A stretch of 64,000 bases of DNA from Tubiluchus corallicola (Eukaryota > Animalia > Priapulida). Below, piece by piece: positions 11,000 to 24,836 of this stretch. Location: contig JAQGDQ010000312.1 in the NCBI GenBank assembly GCA_030141605.1, forward strand, positions 215,272 to 279,271, written 5' to 3'. Each line of letters starts with the position of its first letter. The stretch's first letter is position 1. The notes under the pieces were generated by a model, which did not search any database, had not been told where the DNA came from, and worked only from the letters and a program-made list of their open reading frames with translations. A program made the translations under genes and the position numbers.

Positions 11000-12293
11000 G
11001 CTAGAAGGAGTTTGATTAGACTCTCTCGTGGATAACGCTTCTTTATATTTTGAGTACTCCCTGTACCACGCCTCGTGTGCGCCACCACAGTTTGAACATT
11101 TTACACGTTCATTGCTACAATTGCTGGTTTTATGACTAGATGAACATTTTCCACAGACAGTTTTAGATTTGCACCATTTTGTATTTATATATTTACAATT
11201 ACATGATTATATTTGTAGCAGTTGAAGCACTGTACTGGTTTGTTAGCGACTTCTCGACTTGACAGTACATATTACCATAGGGAATGCCATCAAAGATAGC
11301 ACTTTCTAAATCATCAGCTGAATTAAAACACACTTTAGCTAGGGGAAGCACCGTTCCATCTTTTTTCTTGAACCTGTCCACTTTCACGTCAATGTAATGT
11401 TTACTAATCTCATGTAATAGTTCATCATCGGTCAAGCTTAGGTCACAGTCTCGTAGTAAGCCAATGATATTTTGTAGAGGCGATCTAGCTGAAGTCTCTG
11501 TGCCCAGGTACGAAGGCAGCCAGTTATCTATCATTAACTTTGCTTCTTCTTTGTGTTTAAGTTGTATCATACCTTTAGCTGTCTTTCTGATGTTGTCAAA
11601 CTGCGTTAGAGGGAAGTGGTGGGATAATTGTTTTTTGATGGAGAAGTTTGATTTAACAATTTCTTTATCCTTTACATTGCTGATTATTACAGTACGAGAC
11701 GGATCATAAATGGTTTTGGTTAATTTCATTTTGTCGTCAGACTTGTTTTCTGTTGACAGCTTGGCACTATTCTCGGCTCTAGGCATCGATACTATATCAC
11801 TCCACAATGGTTTTGAGCTGCAGCTCATTTTATTGTCTAGAGCTTCAAGTTTATCACTCAACTGGCTAATTCTAGTTTCAAAATCGGACTGACAGACAGT
11901 TTGCTTTCCGGACAGAATATTCAGGACCTCAGTTATTTGATTTCTGTCCTTGCATAATTTAATCAAATTGATGGCTGCGGTTTTTAAGTCAGCTATAATT
12001 TTGTCTTCAGGGCTTGCACTGTTTTCTTTGTTTTCAGTTTCAGTGAAGTGTAGGCTAGTGTCCGAAGTAACTGTAGCCCTACTGTCTAAGGAAATACATG
12101 TTTCTACACTGACAGAATTTCGCCTATTGTTCTCATCTAGGTGATTGTTCTCGCATTTGCTGCAGACAAAAGCGCAGAGTCTTGCAAGACGTACTGGTGA
12201 TTTAGCAGACCGGCAAAACTCACAACTTTTTCTTTCTCTAGCTTGTTTGCTAGAATCGATTGATTGACTACTAATTGGGTCTTTGTGACTCAT
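11000..12293 (-). pseudogene. LINE ORF1 (CxxC finger, coiled coil, RRM-like region, C-terminal gag-like zinc knuckles after a frameshift)
   Basis: 364-aa ORF with CEFC..CSKC and heptad-like FETRISQLSDKLEALDNKM; a shifted frame at ~11250-11060 reads PVQCFNCYKYNH..C, CGKCSSSHKTSNC, CSNCGGAH. Confidence 0.78.
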
Positions 12294-12769
12294 TGTTCGG
12301 GCAAATCAGAACGATTATTGCCACCACCCCAATGGGCACCAAAATAGCTCAACATTACCGATTGCTACACGTATTGTGTCGTTTTTTTACGTTTTCTCCA
12401 AAAACTTTCAACAGCACGAAAAAAGTATCATAAACGAAAAGTATATATATTCACACACACGTTTTAGTACGAATGACTTCACAGTATAACCAGTATAATA
12501 GCCACAAATTTCAAGAAATCTGCAAGAGCAATTAGCACAACTAGGTTACAATCTTGCGCATGCGCACTTGTATCTTGGTTCTTTATCCTAATTGAAGGAG
12601 ACATCCGAATGTGGCTAGGACACATCTGCTCTTTCAGTGTCCCCATCTTAGAGGTTTATCCTGGATAATGAGCTAGATACCAGTCTTGTCGCAGTCTTTA
12701 TCTGTCGTTTATCGTTACTCACTTGCAGTGAACCGAAGTTTATGCAAAACAAATGGATGGCTGGATGCG

Positions 12770-13262
12770 TTGATAGATTGGTTGATGGAGAGATCGATGG
12801 ATGAATAAATGAATGACAGACAGACGGACGGACGAACAAGCAAATGACTTGAAAGCAATGGAGCGTCCACAGCGTTATCACCCACGTGCAAATATTTAAA
12901 TAAAACAGGTAATGCTTCACTGTTTAAAGCCTTTATGTCTAAAAACATACAGAGAAAGGACACACAAACGAATGAATGAATGAATGAATAAATAAGTAAA
13001 TAAATGCATGAATGAACAAAACACGACCGACCACCGAACGAACGAATGAGTGAATGAATGAATGAATAAACGAACGAACGAGTAAGTGAATGAATGAATG
13101 AATGAATGAATGAAGAAAAAACGACCGACCAACCAAACGAGTGAATGAATGAATGAACGAGTGAATGAATGAATAAACGAACGAACGAGTGAATGAATGA
13201 ATAAACAAACGAACGAGACGAGTGAATGAATGACAGACAGACGAACGAACGAACAAACAAGC
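12770..13262. repeat. Degenerate (GAAT/GAAC)n tetranucleotide microsatellite
   Basis: Direct reading of the sequence. Confidence 0.9.
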
Positions 13263-13600
13263 AAAGGACCTAGCAAGCAACAGAAAGCGAAACGTCAATA
13301 AACAAATGCAAATGGGGGATATTTTACCGTTAAATCTTTCATGTTCAAACATATAGTCACATAAAACGTACAGTGAAAGGATATATAACATGTTTCGGCA
13401 TGTTTTTTCTATTGAATTTGTATCATTTTGAAAAGACGTTCTGCAGGTGCGTTCGATCTCTGACGACAAACTGACAAAATTTTTACCTGGCAGGGGAGAA
13501 ACAGAAAGGAAAATAGTTTTTGAAAAAGTTTGAACTTGAAAACTTCTAACAGAGTTTTCACGTTTTAGTGTGGGTTTATTTAAACCTTATTTATTTAAAC

Positions 13601-14035
13601 CAACGGTTCTCAACCTTTTTAGAGCGTTAACCCCAAGTCGACCACTCAGTGCCTCCATTAACCCCCATCTCTACCCCTGGAAGGAAAAATAACTGAAATA
13701 ATTCAAATTTCAATTTGAAACAGTCCCAGATTCCAGGAATTTGATTGTGATTGTAACAAGTTTGAGGCCGTTCCCATGAGAAAGCCACCAAGATGTCAAC
13801 TAGCTACGTCAGATTCAATAGCATTGCGTGGGTGGGGGTAACAATATGCTTTGATCTCACTGTGACACTGTCTTTAGGTTCACTTATCGCTTAATACATC
13901 ACTCTGCAATCTAATAACAGGCATGATCTAATAAATAGGTGATTTTTTTTCTTCTGCGTGTAAATTCCCATTAACCCCCAGAATTGGTGCCATTAACCCC
14001 CTGGGGGTTAATTAACCCCCGGTTGAGAAACCCGG
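13601..14035. mobile_element. hAT (Charlie-like) MITE
   Basis: TIRs CAACGGTTCTCAACC / GGTTGAGAAACCCGG; perfect 8-bp TSD ATTTAAAC (13593-13600 and 14036-14043); subterminal TTAACCCC motifs. Confidence 0.9.
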
Positions 14036-14065
14036 ATTTAAACTTTTAATTTACATTGTTAAAAA

Positions 14066-14112
14066 TCATGTCAAACGTTTCGACAGAGCTGCTGCTGTCA
14101 TCATCAGTGGTA
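14066..14112 (-). ncRNA. Minimal type I hammerhead ribozyme motif (Penelope-like type)
   Basis: Minus strand reads CA-CTGATGA-T-GACAG-cagcagct-CTGTC-GAAA-CGT-T-TG: full core, 5-bp stem II, palindromic ACGT stem III; stem I is weak (2 bp). Confidence 0.65.
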
Positions 14113-14172
14113 AACTTTTACAACATACAACCTGTTTACATAGACAGAGCCTGCAGTATAGAACATTAATAC

Positions 14173-14810
14173 ACTAATTATGTATTTGACAGAAGCCAAA
14201 TAGGTAATGAATAAGCAGACCTGTAGAAAAGAAATTGATACAGTAAATTATGCACTAATTATGTATTTAACAGAAGCCAAATAGGCAATGAATAAGCAGA
14301 CCAGTAGAAAAGAAATTGATAAAGTAAATTATGCACTAATTATGTATTTAACAGAAGCCAAATAGGTAATGAATAAACAGACCTGTAGAAAAGAAATTGA
14401 TATAGTATATTATGCACTAATTATGTATTTGGCAGAAGCCAAATAGGTAATGATTAAGCAGACCTGTAGAAAAGAAAATAATACAGTAAATTATGCACTA
14501 ATTATGTATTTAACAGAAGCCAAATAGGTAATGAATAAACAGACCTGTAGAAAAGAAATTAATATAGTATATTATGCACTAATTATGTATTTGGCAGAAG
14601 CCAAATAGGTAATGATTAAGCAGACCTGTAGAAAAGAAATTAATACAGTAAATTACGCAGTAATTATGTATTTAACAGAAGCCATGTAGGTAATGAATAA
14701 GCAGACCAGTAGAAAAGAAATTGATACAGTAAATTATGCACTAATTATGTATTTAACAGAAGCCAAATAGGTAATGAATAAACAGACCTGTAGAAAAGAA
14801 ATTGATACAG
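14173..14810. repeat. 81-bp minisatellite, ~8 copies
   Basis: Unit ACTAATTATGTATTTAACAGAAGCCAAATAGGTAATGAATAAGCAGACCTGTAGAAAAGAAATTGATACAGTAAATTATGC; starts at 14173, 14254 etc. Confidence 0.95.
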
Positions 14811-16039
14811 TTAGTAATGCATTAATTAAGTATTAGCCAATTAAGTACAAAAAGCCAACGGCAATAGCTGTCGAAACGTGTGACATGATTTTTTAACTAT
14901 ATATATATATATATATTAAAAGTTTCATATAAAGTTGTGGTGTTTTTAATTATAAATGTTTCAATTTTTTTTATAATTATTGTATATTCATTCCACTGTT
15001 GATTTATATTACAAGTAATTAAAGAAATTCTAAAACAGCTAGCGGTAGACAGACCTGCATTTCGATGGCGCGAATGGTGGAAAAATATTCTACATCATTA
15101 TAACTATGTACCGGGTGGCTCAAAAAATTGCGCCGAAGTTTAGACTGCAATAATTTTAGAAGAGAGTACTTTAGAAAGTTAAAAGAAGACAAGACTATTT
15201 TTCATATACTTCTCCATTTTCAAGTCCGATAAAAAGTATAAATTTTAACACCAGTAATACTGCAAAAGCGTTTCTGATTATTAGATAATAGAATAAAAAC
15301 TTAATTAACGGCGGGCGAGCCCAACTATTGATGATATCACAAATTAACATAATTTTCAACAGCAAATATATTCCATGAGCGTGTTGCACGTGTTTGGGAA
15401 AGCGAAAATTGAAGTACAGTGCTACTGTAAGATATTCGGTGTGTTGTACTAAAACTAAAAAAGTCTGCAACACCAATTTCGTAATTTTCAAGCGATTCCG
15501 ATTTTTTTCGTCTTACAACATCGTGATGAAAACTACGGCACGTTCTTTTTGTGCCACCGTGTATAAAAACTTGGCAAAAAACCTACCATGACTAAAATCG
15601 TGGTACAAGATGACGTCAGACAGGGACGTTTGATATACCCGTAATACATCGACAACAACGTCACCAACCGAAGATTTCCCTGACAAGAACTTGACGTGAG
15701 CATAATCGTTCTCTAGCAAACAGTGCTTAGTTCGTACGTAGAATAACGGTATACCAAGTTTTGCAGTACGACTAGACATATACTGTAGAGTTGAACAGCT
15801 CACTGAGGCTAAGATGGCTACCGTCTCGTTTTTTGCGTAAAAACAAGCTGAAATAAAAGTAAAAAAATGGAATTATCTGTTTTGAATTGTCAATAATTAG
15901 GGGGTTGATTTAATGCTTGCAAAAGCGTCTTCTGTTCAGCCGCATACACATGTTAATCATCTGAAGATCTTGTTAACTTAAATGGTTAATAACCTACATT
16001 CGTTCTACATTGATCAGGGCAACTCCCGAGAGCACGTGC

Positions 16040-16565
<526 letters not shown>

Positions 16566-16942
16566 GTCAACATATCAAGTTTTAGCAAACAGATTTCAGT
16601 GATTATTATTTAAAAACCGAAACAGATTCAAAAACTGATTTGATTGAAGAAAAAATATATTAAAAATTTGGAACGAGTTAAGATTTGAACCCAGAGACTT
16701 GCTTGCACGTTGTAAAATGTCTAACAGACGCGAAAAGGCAGTAGGATTATCAATAAGATTCTCCCGGACACCCTATTTTTACAAAAAAATAGCCAGACTA
16801 ATTGTTTAACGCCACTATTTGTTTAAAGGAAGGCAGGTTGATTTTTCATATTTTATTTTATTTTTTAGTACAGCAAAAATCATACATTTTAACACCTACA
16901 TTAATGCCAAGTGTTTTTGGTAATAAAATAAATTTTAGGACT

Positions 16943-17813
16943 TATAGGTTTTACAGGTCAAATATAGACCTACGTTAAGTCAAATGTAGATTTAGGTAAT
17001 TCAAATGTGTCTTGGTAACTCAAATGTAGACTTAGGTAGTTCAAATGTGTTAACAATGGTTTTCTAGAAATCTTGAGCGTTTTTGGTAAGTCAAATGTAG
17101 ACACATGTCAAGTCAAATGTGACATTGGTATCTCAAATGTGGATAGGTGGTAAAATTTAAGGATGTTAAATTTAATCTCCTTTAATCTTAATTTAATAAT
17201 TGCTGTGAATATAATAACTTTATAGGTCTACTAATAGTTCACTAATATTCTGTAAACTTTACATACCATTGGAACTGTTAGAGAAAACAATACATTCTTA
17301 AAATAAACAATGTTTCTTGAGAAAAACTAATTCATTAATGCAGTGGTAATGCATTACTTAAAAAACTAATTAGTGATTCACTGTTCATTGGGAAGTGGAA
17401 ACCAATTTATTCTTTTCTACCGACATTATGGTTTATCAAAAAATTCAGTTTGAGGATAAGCAACGCATTTTTTGAAGTTATGAAAGAGGTGATGACTATC
17501 TTTGGTTTATCTTTTTGTAATTTGCACTTAGATCAGTTAATTACCGATTTATTCAAAATAATGCATCTACATTTGACTTACGTAAGCCACATTTGAGTTA
17601 CCAAAACACATTTGAAATTCTTATGTCTACATTTGACTTACCTAAGCCACATTTGAGTTACCAAAACACATTTGAAATTCTTATGTCTACATTTGACTTA
17701 CCTAAGTCACATTTGAGTTACCAAAACACATTTGAAATTCTTATGTCTACATTTGACTTCCCTAAGTCACATTTGAACTTTCCTGTGTCTACATTTGATG
17801 TGTAAAACCTATA
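16943..17813. mobile_element. Non-autonomous foldback-like TIR element with modular subterminal repeats
   Basis: Left TATAGGTTTTACA..TCAAAT.TAGAC and right GTCTACATTTGA..TGTAAAACCTATA are inverted; many CAAATGT/ACATTTG modules; 60-bp tandem repeat at ~17565-17780. Confidence 0.75.
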
Positions 17814-19449
17814 TAACGCCGCATGAGCGCGCAAGTGATGACATCACAAATGAACATAATTTTCAACAGCGCAAACATTCCATGAGCATGTTGCACGTGT
17901 TTGCTAAAGCAAAAATTGAAAGTACCACTCTGCAATATTGACTATGATACAAAAAACAGGGCAAATTTATGTTTAAAGATAATTCTTACTTACTAGAAAT
18001 TACAAGAACACATGATAATTTTTCGTATACTACCCGATTTTCATAAAAAGTTTACATTTTAACAATTAATACTACAAAAGCGTTTCTGATAGTATAATTA
18101 AATAATAGATTAAAAACTTAATTAACGACTGACGAGCGCAACTATTGATGACATCACAAACTAACATAATTTTCAACAGCAAAAACATTCTACGAACGTG
18201 TTGTACGTGTTTGCGAAAGCGAAAATTGAAGTACACTGCTATTGCAAGATATTCAGTGTGTTGTACATAAAAATAGGTAAGTTTTAAAATAAAAATTGAA
18301 ATTTCAAATTTACTGCTGTGCTCACGTATGAGCTGTCGAACCCGTGCAGTTCATCACAAACTAACACATCTGAACAGAGAGGCACAGAAATTGCTTTGTG
18401 TAATGCGTTTCCGAAATGCAGGCGCTGGTCCCCGTCTAACTAGCGAATGGTGAAATGCAATTAACAGCGAAGAACTAGACACGCGAACGCGCAATTGCGT
18501 TTGTGTGGTAATAAATCTTTCGCGTTAGTCATTTTTAAAAAAAATACCATCTTTCCTTTCAATATTTTAAAAATTAGATTGTTTTGACCTTCAGTTTGAG
18601 ATTGGGTCCGGTTTTGCTTTAAACTTTCCTTCAAGTAAATCATTCTAAAAAACTTATTTTTTCTTTCAATATTTTATGCATTCGATTATTATAAGCTATT
18701 ACAGTTTAAGATTGGATCGTTTTCCACTTTAAATGACTTGGATCTTTCTACGAATTGGATATAGTAAAGAACGAAAACGAAGACATCAGAACATGACAAA
18801 TTGCATTTTGTTTGATGATATTTCTAAATACCAATAATAAGCCTTTGCACGGTTCCAGCGATTGATGATGATCGTCATAGGTTAAGTGTACCGGACAACG
18901 CGTTTGTGTACACTTGACAACGCCTCGCAGCCCATGCTGTTGTAATAATAACAGTTTTAGCAGTTAACTAGAACCTTACCTAGTTCATTTTTTCTTGCTC
19001 CCAAGCAAGATCCCACTAGTGAATTACTCTACGCACAAACTAATGCCCAATTGAGTAAAGTCCACGCAAATCAAATGAAGTTATTGAACTGATGTGACAA
19101 GCGGCTTTGCTTTACCCACAAGTCGTGTGACTGTTGTAGTTTTTGTGGTGCACACAAGCAAGACGCGTTACTGTGCTACATTTAACCTTTGACCTACAGC
19201 AACAACGCGTGCGCACAATGAAACCGTGAAAAGGCTTATTAAACCAGTAACTTACCATTTTTTGCATTATTCTTCTCCCATAGCACCAGTTCCAGAGTAA
19301 TATTAGCAGAGTACTCATTGGTCATTCCACTATTTAACTCATTTATTACATGATTTGTTACGCTTTGCAACGCCTTCTCTTCCGCCTTCTCTTCGAAAAC
19401 AAACACTGAAAAATCGAACGTAGATAATTTGCAGAAAAATAGGCTCAGA

Positions 19450-19897
<448 letters not shown>

Positions 19898-19898
<1 letters not shown>

Positions 19899-20400
19899 AA
19901 ATCTTTATTCAAAATTATACAAGAAGCCCTCTATTTGCGGGGCACAAAAGTACAAAAATGTTAAATAAGTCTTTACATTATGTACATTAAATAAATTTCT
20001 TACTAAACAAGCTGACAATTTTGCATTACGATTTACTTATTCTAAATATATATCCAATATTTATAATCAATGTATAATCAATTTACTGTAAGATCATTTT
20101 GGGTTAGCTCTTTTACAATATCTACATACATTTTAATTACATTAGTGTCTCTCTTTCTGTAAATGTTTCGAATGTCATTATTTTCTAAGCTGCGTTCGAG
20201 ATTCACTCTTATATCTTGTCTAACCAATGGTAACGGACAATGAAAAATTAAATGTTCTGGGGTTTGACTGACCAAACCGCAAACACACAGACCTGAATCA
20301 GTTATACCTATCCTGTATTTAAATGATTTGCAACCTCTTCCAAGTTCAGAATTAGAAGATAAGTTGCTAATGGTGGTTTAATTACATAATTAGCAGAGGA
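19898..20400 (-). mobile_element. 3' fragment of a non-LTR retrotransposon
   Basis: Minus-strand translation FKYRIGITDSGLCVCGLVSQTPEHLIFHCP (C-terminal Cys/His motif), then AATAAA and the (AAT)n tract. Confidence 0.7.
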
Positions 20401-20539
20401 GTTAATTATAATTTGTGTAACAAAAGAGAATTATTTAAGTCAGGTGGACACAGCTTGAAGCAAATGAAACATGGGCATCCATGGGTTTGAAACAAGACAG
20501 ACTCATGTAAAAGTCATTTTTTCTTGAAAAGAGCCCAGA

Positions 20540-20820
20540 CCCTCGTGGATGTTTGGAGGGTTTCTATCATTACAAGAACATTGGAAACAGCCCTGCCCCT
20601 TGTGGATGTTTGGAGGGCTTCTATCATTACAAGAACCTTGGACACAGCCCTGCCCCTCGTGGATGTTTGGAGGGTTTCTATCATTACAAGAACATTGGAA
20701 ACAGCCCTGCCCCTTATGGATGTTTGGAGGGTTTCTATCATTACAAGAACCTTAGAAACAGCCCTGCCCCTCGGGGATGTTTGGAGGGTTTCTATCATTA
20801 CAAGAACCTTGGAACAGCCC
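20540..20820. repeat. 57-bp minisatellite, ~5 copies
   Basis: GGATGTTTGGAGGGTTTCTATCATTACAAGAAC recurs at 57-bp spacing (20547, 20604...). Confidence 0.95.
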
Positions 20821-21134
20821 TGTAAAGCTGATCATGTCATGAGCCGCTTGCAACAGGATAAAGTCTGCACGTTCATATTGTCTGGTGATGCAATCGATAA
20901 GGAACGAGCTGTGATCCCGAAGCTCCCTGGTGACTTTGATCATCTATTTATGCCCGAATTGGTAGAACTTGACTGAATGCTCAATAAAGCAATGCGTACT
21001 CCAAATCCCGTTCGTGGAATTTGTCCACAATATTTTCCTGATTTTTGTGGACATGCTCTGATTTCTTGTGGACACACATGACCCCTGGTCCATAAATAAT
21101 TTCCTTCGGTGTCCACAAAAATCCGAATCCCCGT

Positions 21135-21845
21135 TATTTAATACTTACGGCATATTTGTGTACAACAGTGAAACATGGGGTTTGAAGATTAATCAAGAAA
21201 AGCAGATTGTCATGTTTTATAGAAGTCTTCTAAGGAAAGTTTTAAAGAAAAGATGGCTATACATAATCAAAAATGAAGATTTACACACTAGAAAGAAATT
21301 CCTAGGAATTCAAAAGTCAAGGTCCGAAGATTAAGATGGCTAGGACATCTTCTAAGTTTAGCAAATGAAGCACCAGTAGGAATCGCCTTAAAGGAAGCCT
21401 TAAAATCTTGCAAAAACCACCAGGCAAACTAGAAATAACTTGAATAGCTAAGATAAATAAAAATCTTCATCAAATCTACCTTCAGGAATAAAAGAACTTG
21501 CTGTTACCTACAGGTAGGAGTGGGTGGAATACTCTAAAAATGATAAAGCCTCAATATCAATTGTAATTGTAATGGGATCTTGAAGGGTCCCATATGTTAG
21601 ACCTGCAAAGTCCAATTCATCACTCTTGAATGTTATTGTATCATTTAATGATCACTTTCTGCTGGCACAAGTGTTTGTGGTGTATTACACAACAGTAGGC
21701 ATTCACTGCAACTGTTTGTGGTTTGTTAGACAACAGCTAACATTCACTGTAACTATTTATGGTGTGCTAACTGCAATTCTTGAGCTATTAGTCGTTCTAA
21801 GTGATTTGATAAAGGAAGACCGGACCCAATCGTAAACTGTAGCTA
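21135..21845 (+). mobile_element. Degenerate RTE-group LINE 3' fragment plus downstream repeat
   Basis: IFVYNSETW..FYRSLLRKVLKKRW..IIKNEDL, then RRLRWLGHLL; inverted paralog at 22545-23015. Confidence 0.7.
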
Positions 21846-22544
21846 TCCTAATAATAAAACAAAACGTGATAAATGGGATATAATAAAATAATAAAAAGGA
21901 GACGGAAAGAGAGCAGATAAGAGAAACGGAAAATAATAATACCACACTTTCTAATCACACGTACTTCAAGGTATGGGAATAGCTGAGCGGTCATAGTGCC
22001 ACAGTTAAGCAACAGTGAACCTGGCAAGAAAACTCAATTCTGCCTGGCACGAATCACCTCTCTTAGGTAAGTTAAAGACATACATACATATCATGTCTGA
22101 CCAAAACTAAAGCATTTCAACTAGTTTTGTATCTCATCCTAGATCATTATTCCTGCTAAAGAGCTAACTACGTTCCCGTCCCACCACAATCAAAAAAGAA
22201 ATGTTTAAGTAGCCTTTACAGTACCATCTTGCATGTCTGTATAAAAAGGGTGTTGGAAATATAATCACGAATCGAATCAAATCAGAAATGGGCACACATT
22301 TGTTTTTTAAAGGAAAACTGCAAGATTTTTCATATCTTACATTTGAACTGACAGGTACAGCACCTGTTTTTGTGCAATGCATTTCTCAGATGTGGGCGCT
22401 AGTGCCCATCTAACTAGCAAATGGTGAAACAGCCGCGTGAAGGCGAAATTATGAAATTAGGTTTTGGTGGTAATAATTCTTTCAAGTAAGCCATTCTTGA
22501 AAATTTTCAATATTTTATAGGGTCGAAGGGTCGATTGTTTTCAA

Positions 22545-23015
22545 CTACAGTTTACGAGTGGTTCCTGTTTTCCTTTATCAAATGACTTAGATGGACTAAT
22601 GGCTGAAGATTTGCTGTTAGTACACCATAAATACTTACGGTGAATGTAACTTGTTGTGTAACACGCCACAAACAGTTATGGTTAATGTCAACTGCTGTGT
22701 AATGCACCACAAACACTTGCACCAACAGAAAGTGTTCTTTAAACGATACAATAACATTCAAAAATGATGAATTGCAACCCATTCTAAAGATCCCATTACA
22801 TCTATTGTAGACATTGAGGCATTAACATTTTTTAGAGTATTCCACCCACTCCTATCTGCAGCTAACAGCTTAAGTTCTTCAACTCCAAAAGATAGATTTG
22901 TTTGAAGTTGTTGAACATCTTTATTTATCTTAGCTATCCAAGTTGCTTTTTGATTTCCCAGCTGGTGTTTTTGCAAGGTTTTAAGGCTTCCCTTAAAGCA
23001 ATTTTTGCTGGTGTC
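22545..23015 (-). mobile_element. Inverted paralog of 21360-21845 (RTE-group 3' end)
   Basis: Reverse complement aligns by eye, e.g. GATAGGAGTGGGTGGAATACTCTAAAAAATG versus 21513-21542. Confidence 0.75.
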
Positions 23016-23419
23016 TATAATGTCAAACTCACTTAATTAAAGGACAAGAAAAGAGGCACCTGAAGTTGGTTTCAGAAAAATCGCCTTAAAAAATTATACT
23101 ACTTTACAGCAATTTTATGCACATATCGTATTCGCGTTGAAAGGATTTTTTGTTTGTTTTCATTTAAATCTCCTGCAATACTGTTCTGACCGTGCCATGA
23201 CATGGCGTCACTACGCCACGTAAATTAAGGGGAATTAAAGGAAATGTTAAATTATGACCCGAAAAACTTTCCGTGCAAATCTATATTACTTAGCATTTCA
23301 CTTACCTGCTGGAAAGACTTATGCAACTAGAAAAGATAATTTAAAATGTTCGTGTCAATTAGCAAAATGTCGCTGACTCATCCTCCAGGGTGCGCCACTC
23401 ATAAGGCGAAAACTTATTT

Positions 23420-24250
23420 GTAAGGTGAAATTGCGTTTGTGTGGTAATAATTGACGTAAGTCAAATATTTTAAAAAGTAGATTGTTTTGACCTACATTTC
23501 AAAGTTGGGTCCTGTTTTGCTGTAAAGTTTTTGTATTGCAGCTATTATATGTAATCTTTCAGCATTTTCTCATTAAAGGAAAACACAAGTCATTTTGCAT
23601 GTGCGTTTTTTTTATTATCGCTTAAACCTAGGAAAACAGTCACTTGAAAATTATGACGTCACTGGTGGACCTCGTGACTTCTTGACTTTTCCTAACGCAT
23701 CATTGCTTTCCGCATTCAAATTTCAGCAGCTTAGCTAGTGTTCATGCAAAAATATCACAAAACTAGCTATCTATTCTTTTGCAAAACTTATACTTTTAAC
23801 TGAAATTGACAGAAAGCTGATTTTCTTCAGTCGATGAATGACGTCATTGGTGGAAGAATGCGCGTTCAAAATAGGGGCGCCCAAGTGGAAATGATCGCGA
23901 CTTTAAACTGATTTTACTAATTACACGATGCGCTTATCGCACTTTTATTACCAAATCTTTCTAACATTTTCCTCCAATGTTGAATAAGCCTAACTTCCCA
24001 GAAGTGTTACCCTTTCCTTTAATCAATACGCATAAAACGTTCTTAAAAAGCATGACTAAACCATCAGCAAGTGTAGAAGACGTCTTGTTTTGATAAATCT
24101 TCTCGACAGCTATTATATATAAGCTCTCGGTCTTTCTCTGTAAGTACCGCGACACATTAAACTCTGGTAGCCATTAATGGCTTCGATTCCGCTACATGAT
24201 AAAACAATTTAGCAAAGACTGGCTCTTTTCCACTCTTTATGATTCGACAG
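23420..24250. repeat. Dispersed repeat, inverted copy of 33225-34065
   Basis: High identity by eye; both give the same spurious ORF MSRYLQR.TESLYIIAVEK on opposite strands. Confidence 0.9.
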
Positions 24251-24468
24251 AACTAGTGGCACGAATGTGTGAATTGTGTTTATGGGGGTATTTTTCCTTT
24301 CAAAACTTTAAAGAGTAGATTGTTCTGACCTACAGTTTAAGATTGTGTCCGGTTTTGCCTTAAAGAAATGAAAAGGAAATTTTAATATACATCACATGAA
24401 ACCTTCTATGCAAAGTTATATAACTTTGCATTGCCCTTATCTGCTAGAGTGACTTATGTAATTGAAAA

Positions 24469-24469
24469 G

Positions 24470-24538
<69 letters not shown>

Positions 24539-24655
24539 GTAATAGTAATAGTAATAGTAATAGTAATAGTAATAGTAATAGTAATAGTAATAGTAATAGT
24601 AATAGTAATAGTAATAGTAATAGTAATAGTAATAGTAATAGTAATAGTAATAGTA

Positions 24656-24731
<76 letters not shown>

Positions 24732-24836
24732 TAATAATAATAATAATAACAATAACAATAACAATAACAATAACAATAACAATAAAAATAACAATAACAA
24801 TAACAATAACAATAATAATAATAATAATAATAATAT
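24469..24836. repeat. Compound (AAT)n/(AATAGT)n/(AATAAC)n microsatellite
   Basis: Direct reading. Confidence 0.97.

Larger units (their letters stand above)
4265..12560 (-). mobile_element. Decayed near-full-length CR1/L2-group non-LTR retrotransposon, interrupted by an RTE insertion
   Basis: ORF1, then APE endonuclease (NVRSL, LTETWL, RKDR..GGGV, GDFN, LDLI, CDH), RT (SKAFDKV, GVPQGSILGPLLF, LADD) and C-terminal CNCG..ESVEHFLLHCP in consecutive frameshifted ORFs. A-rich tail near 4265-4290. Ends approximate. Confidence 0.88.

Noticed and set aside
9910-11088. 392-aa minus-strand ORF as a single protein
   Set aside because: Chimera of the host LINE endonuclease N-half and antisense RTE sequence across the insertion junction at 10490/10491.
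20514-20976. Repeat-protein ORFs (19-aa units)
   Set aside because: All frames are products of a 57-bp minisatellite with no supporting gene structure.
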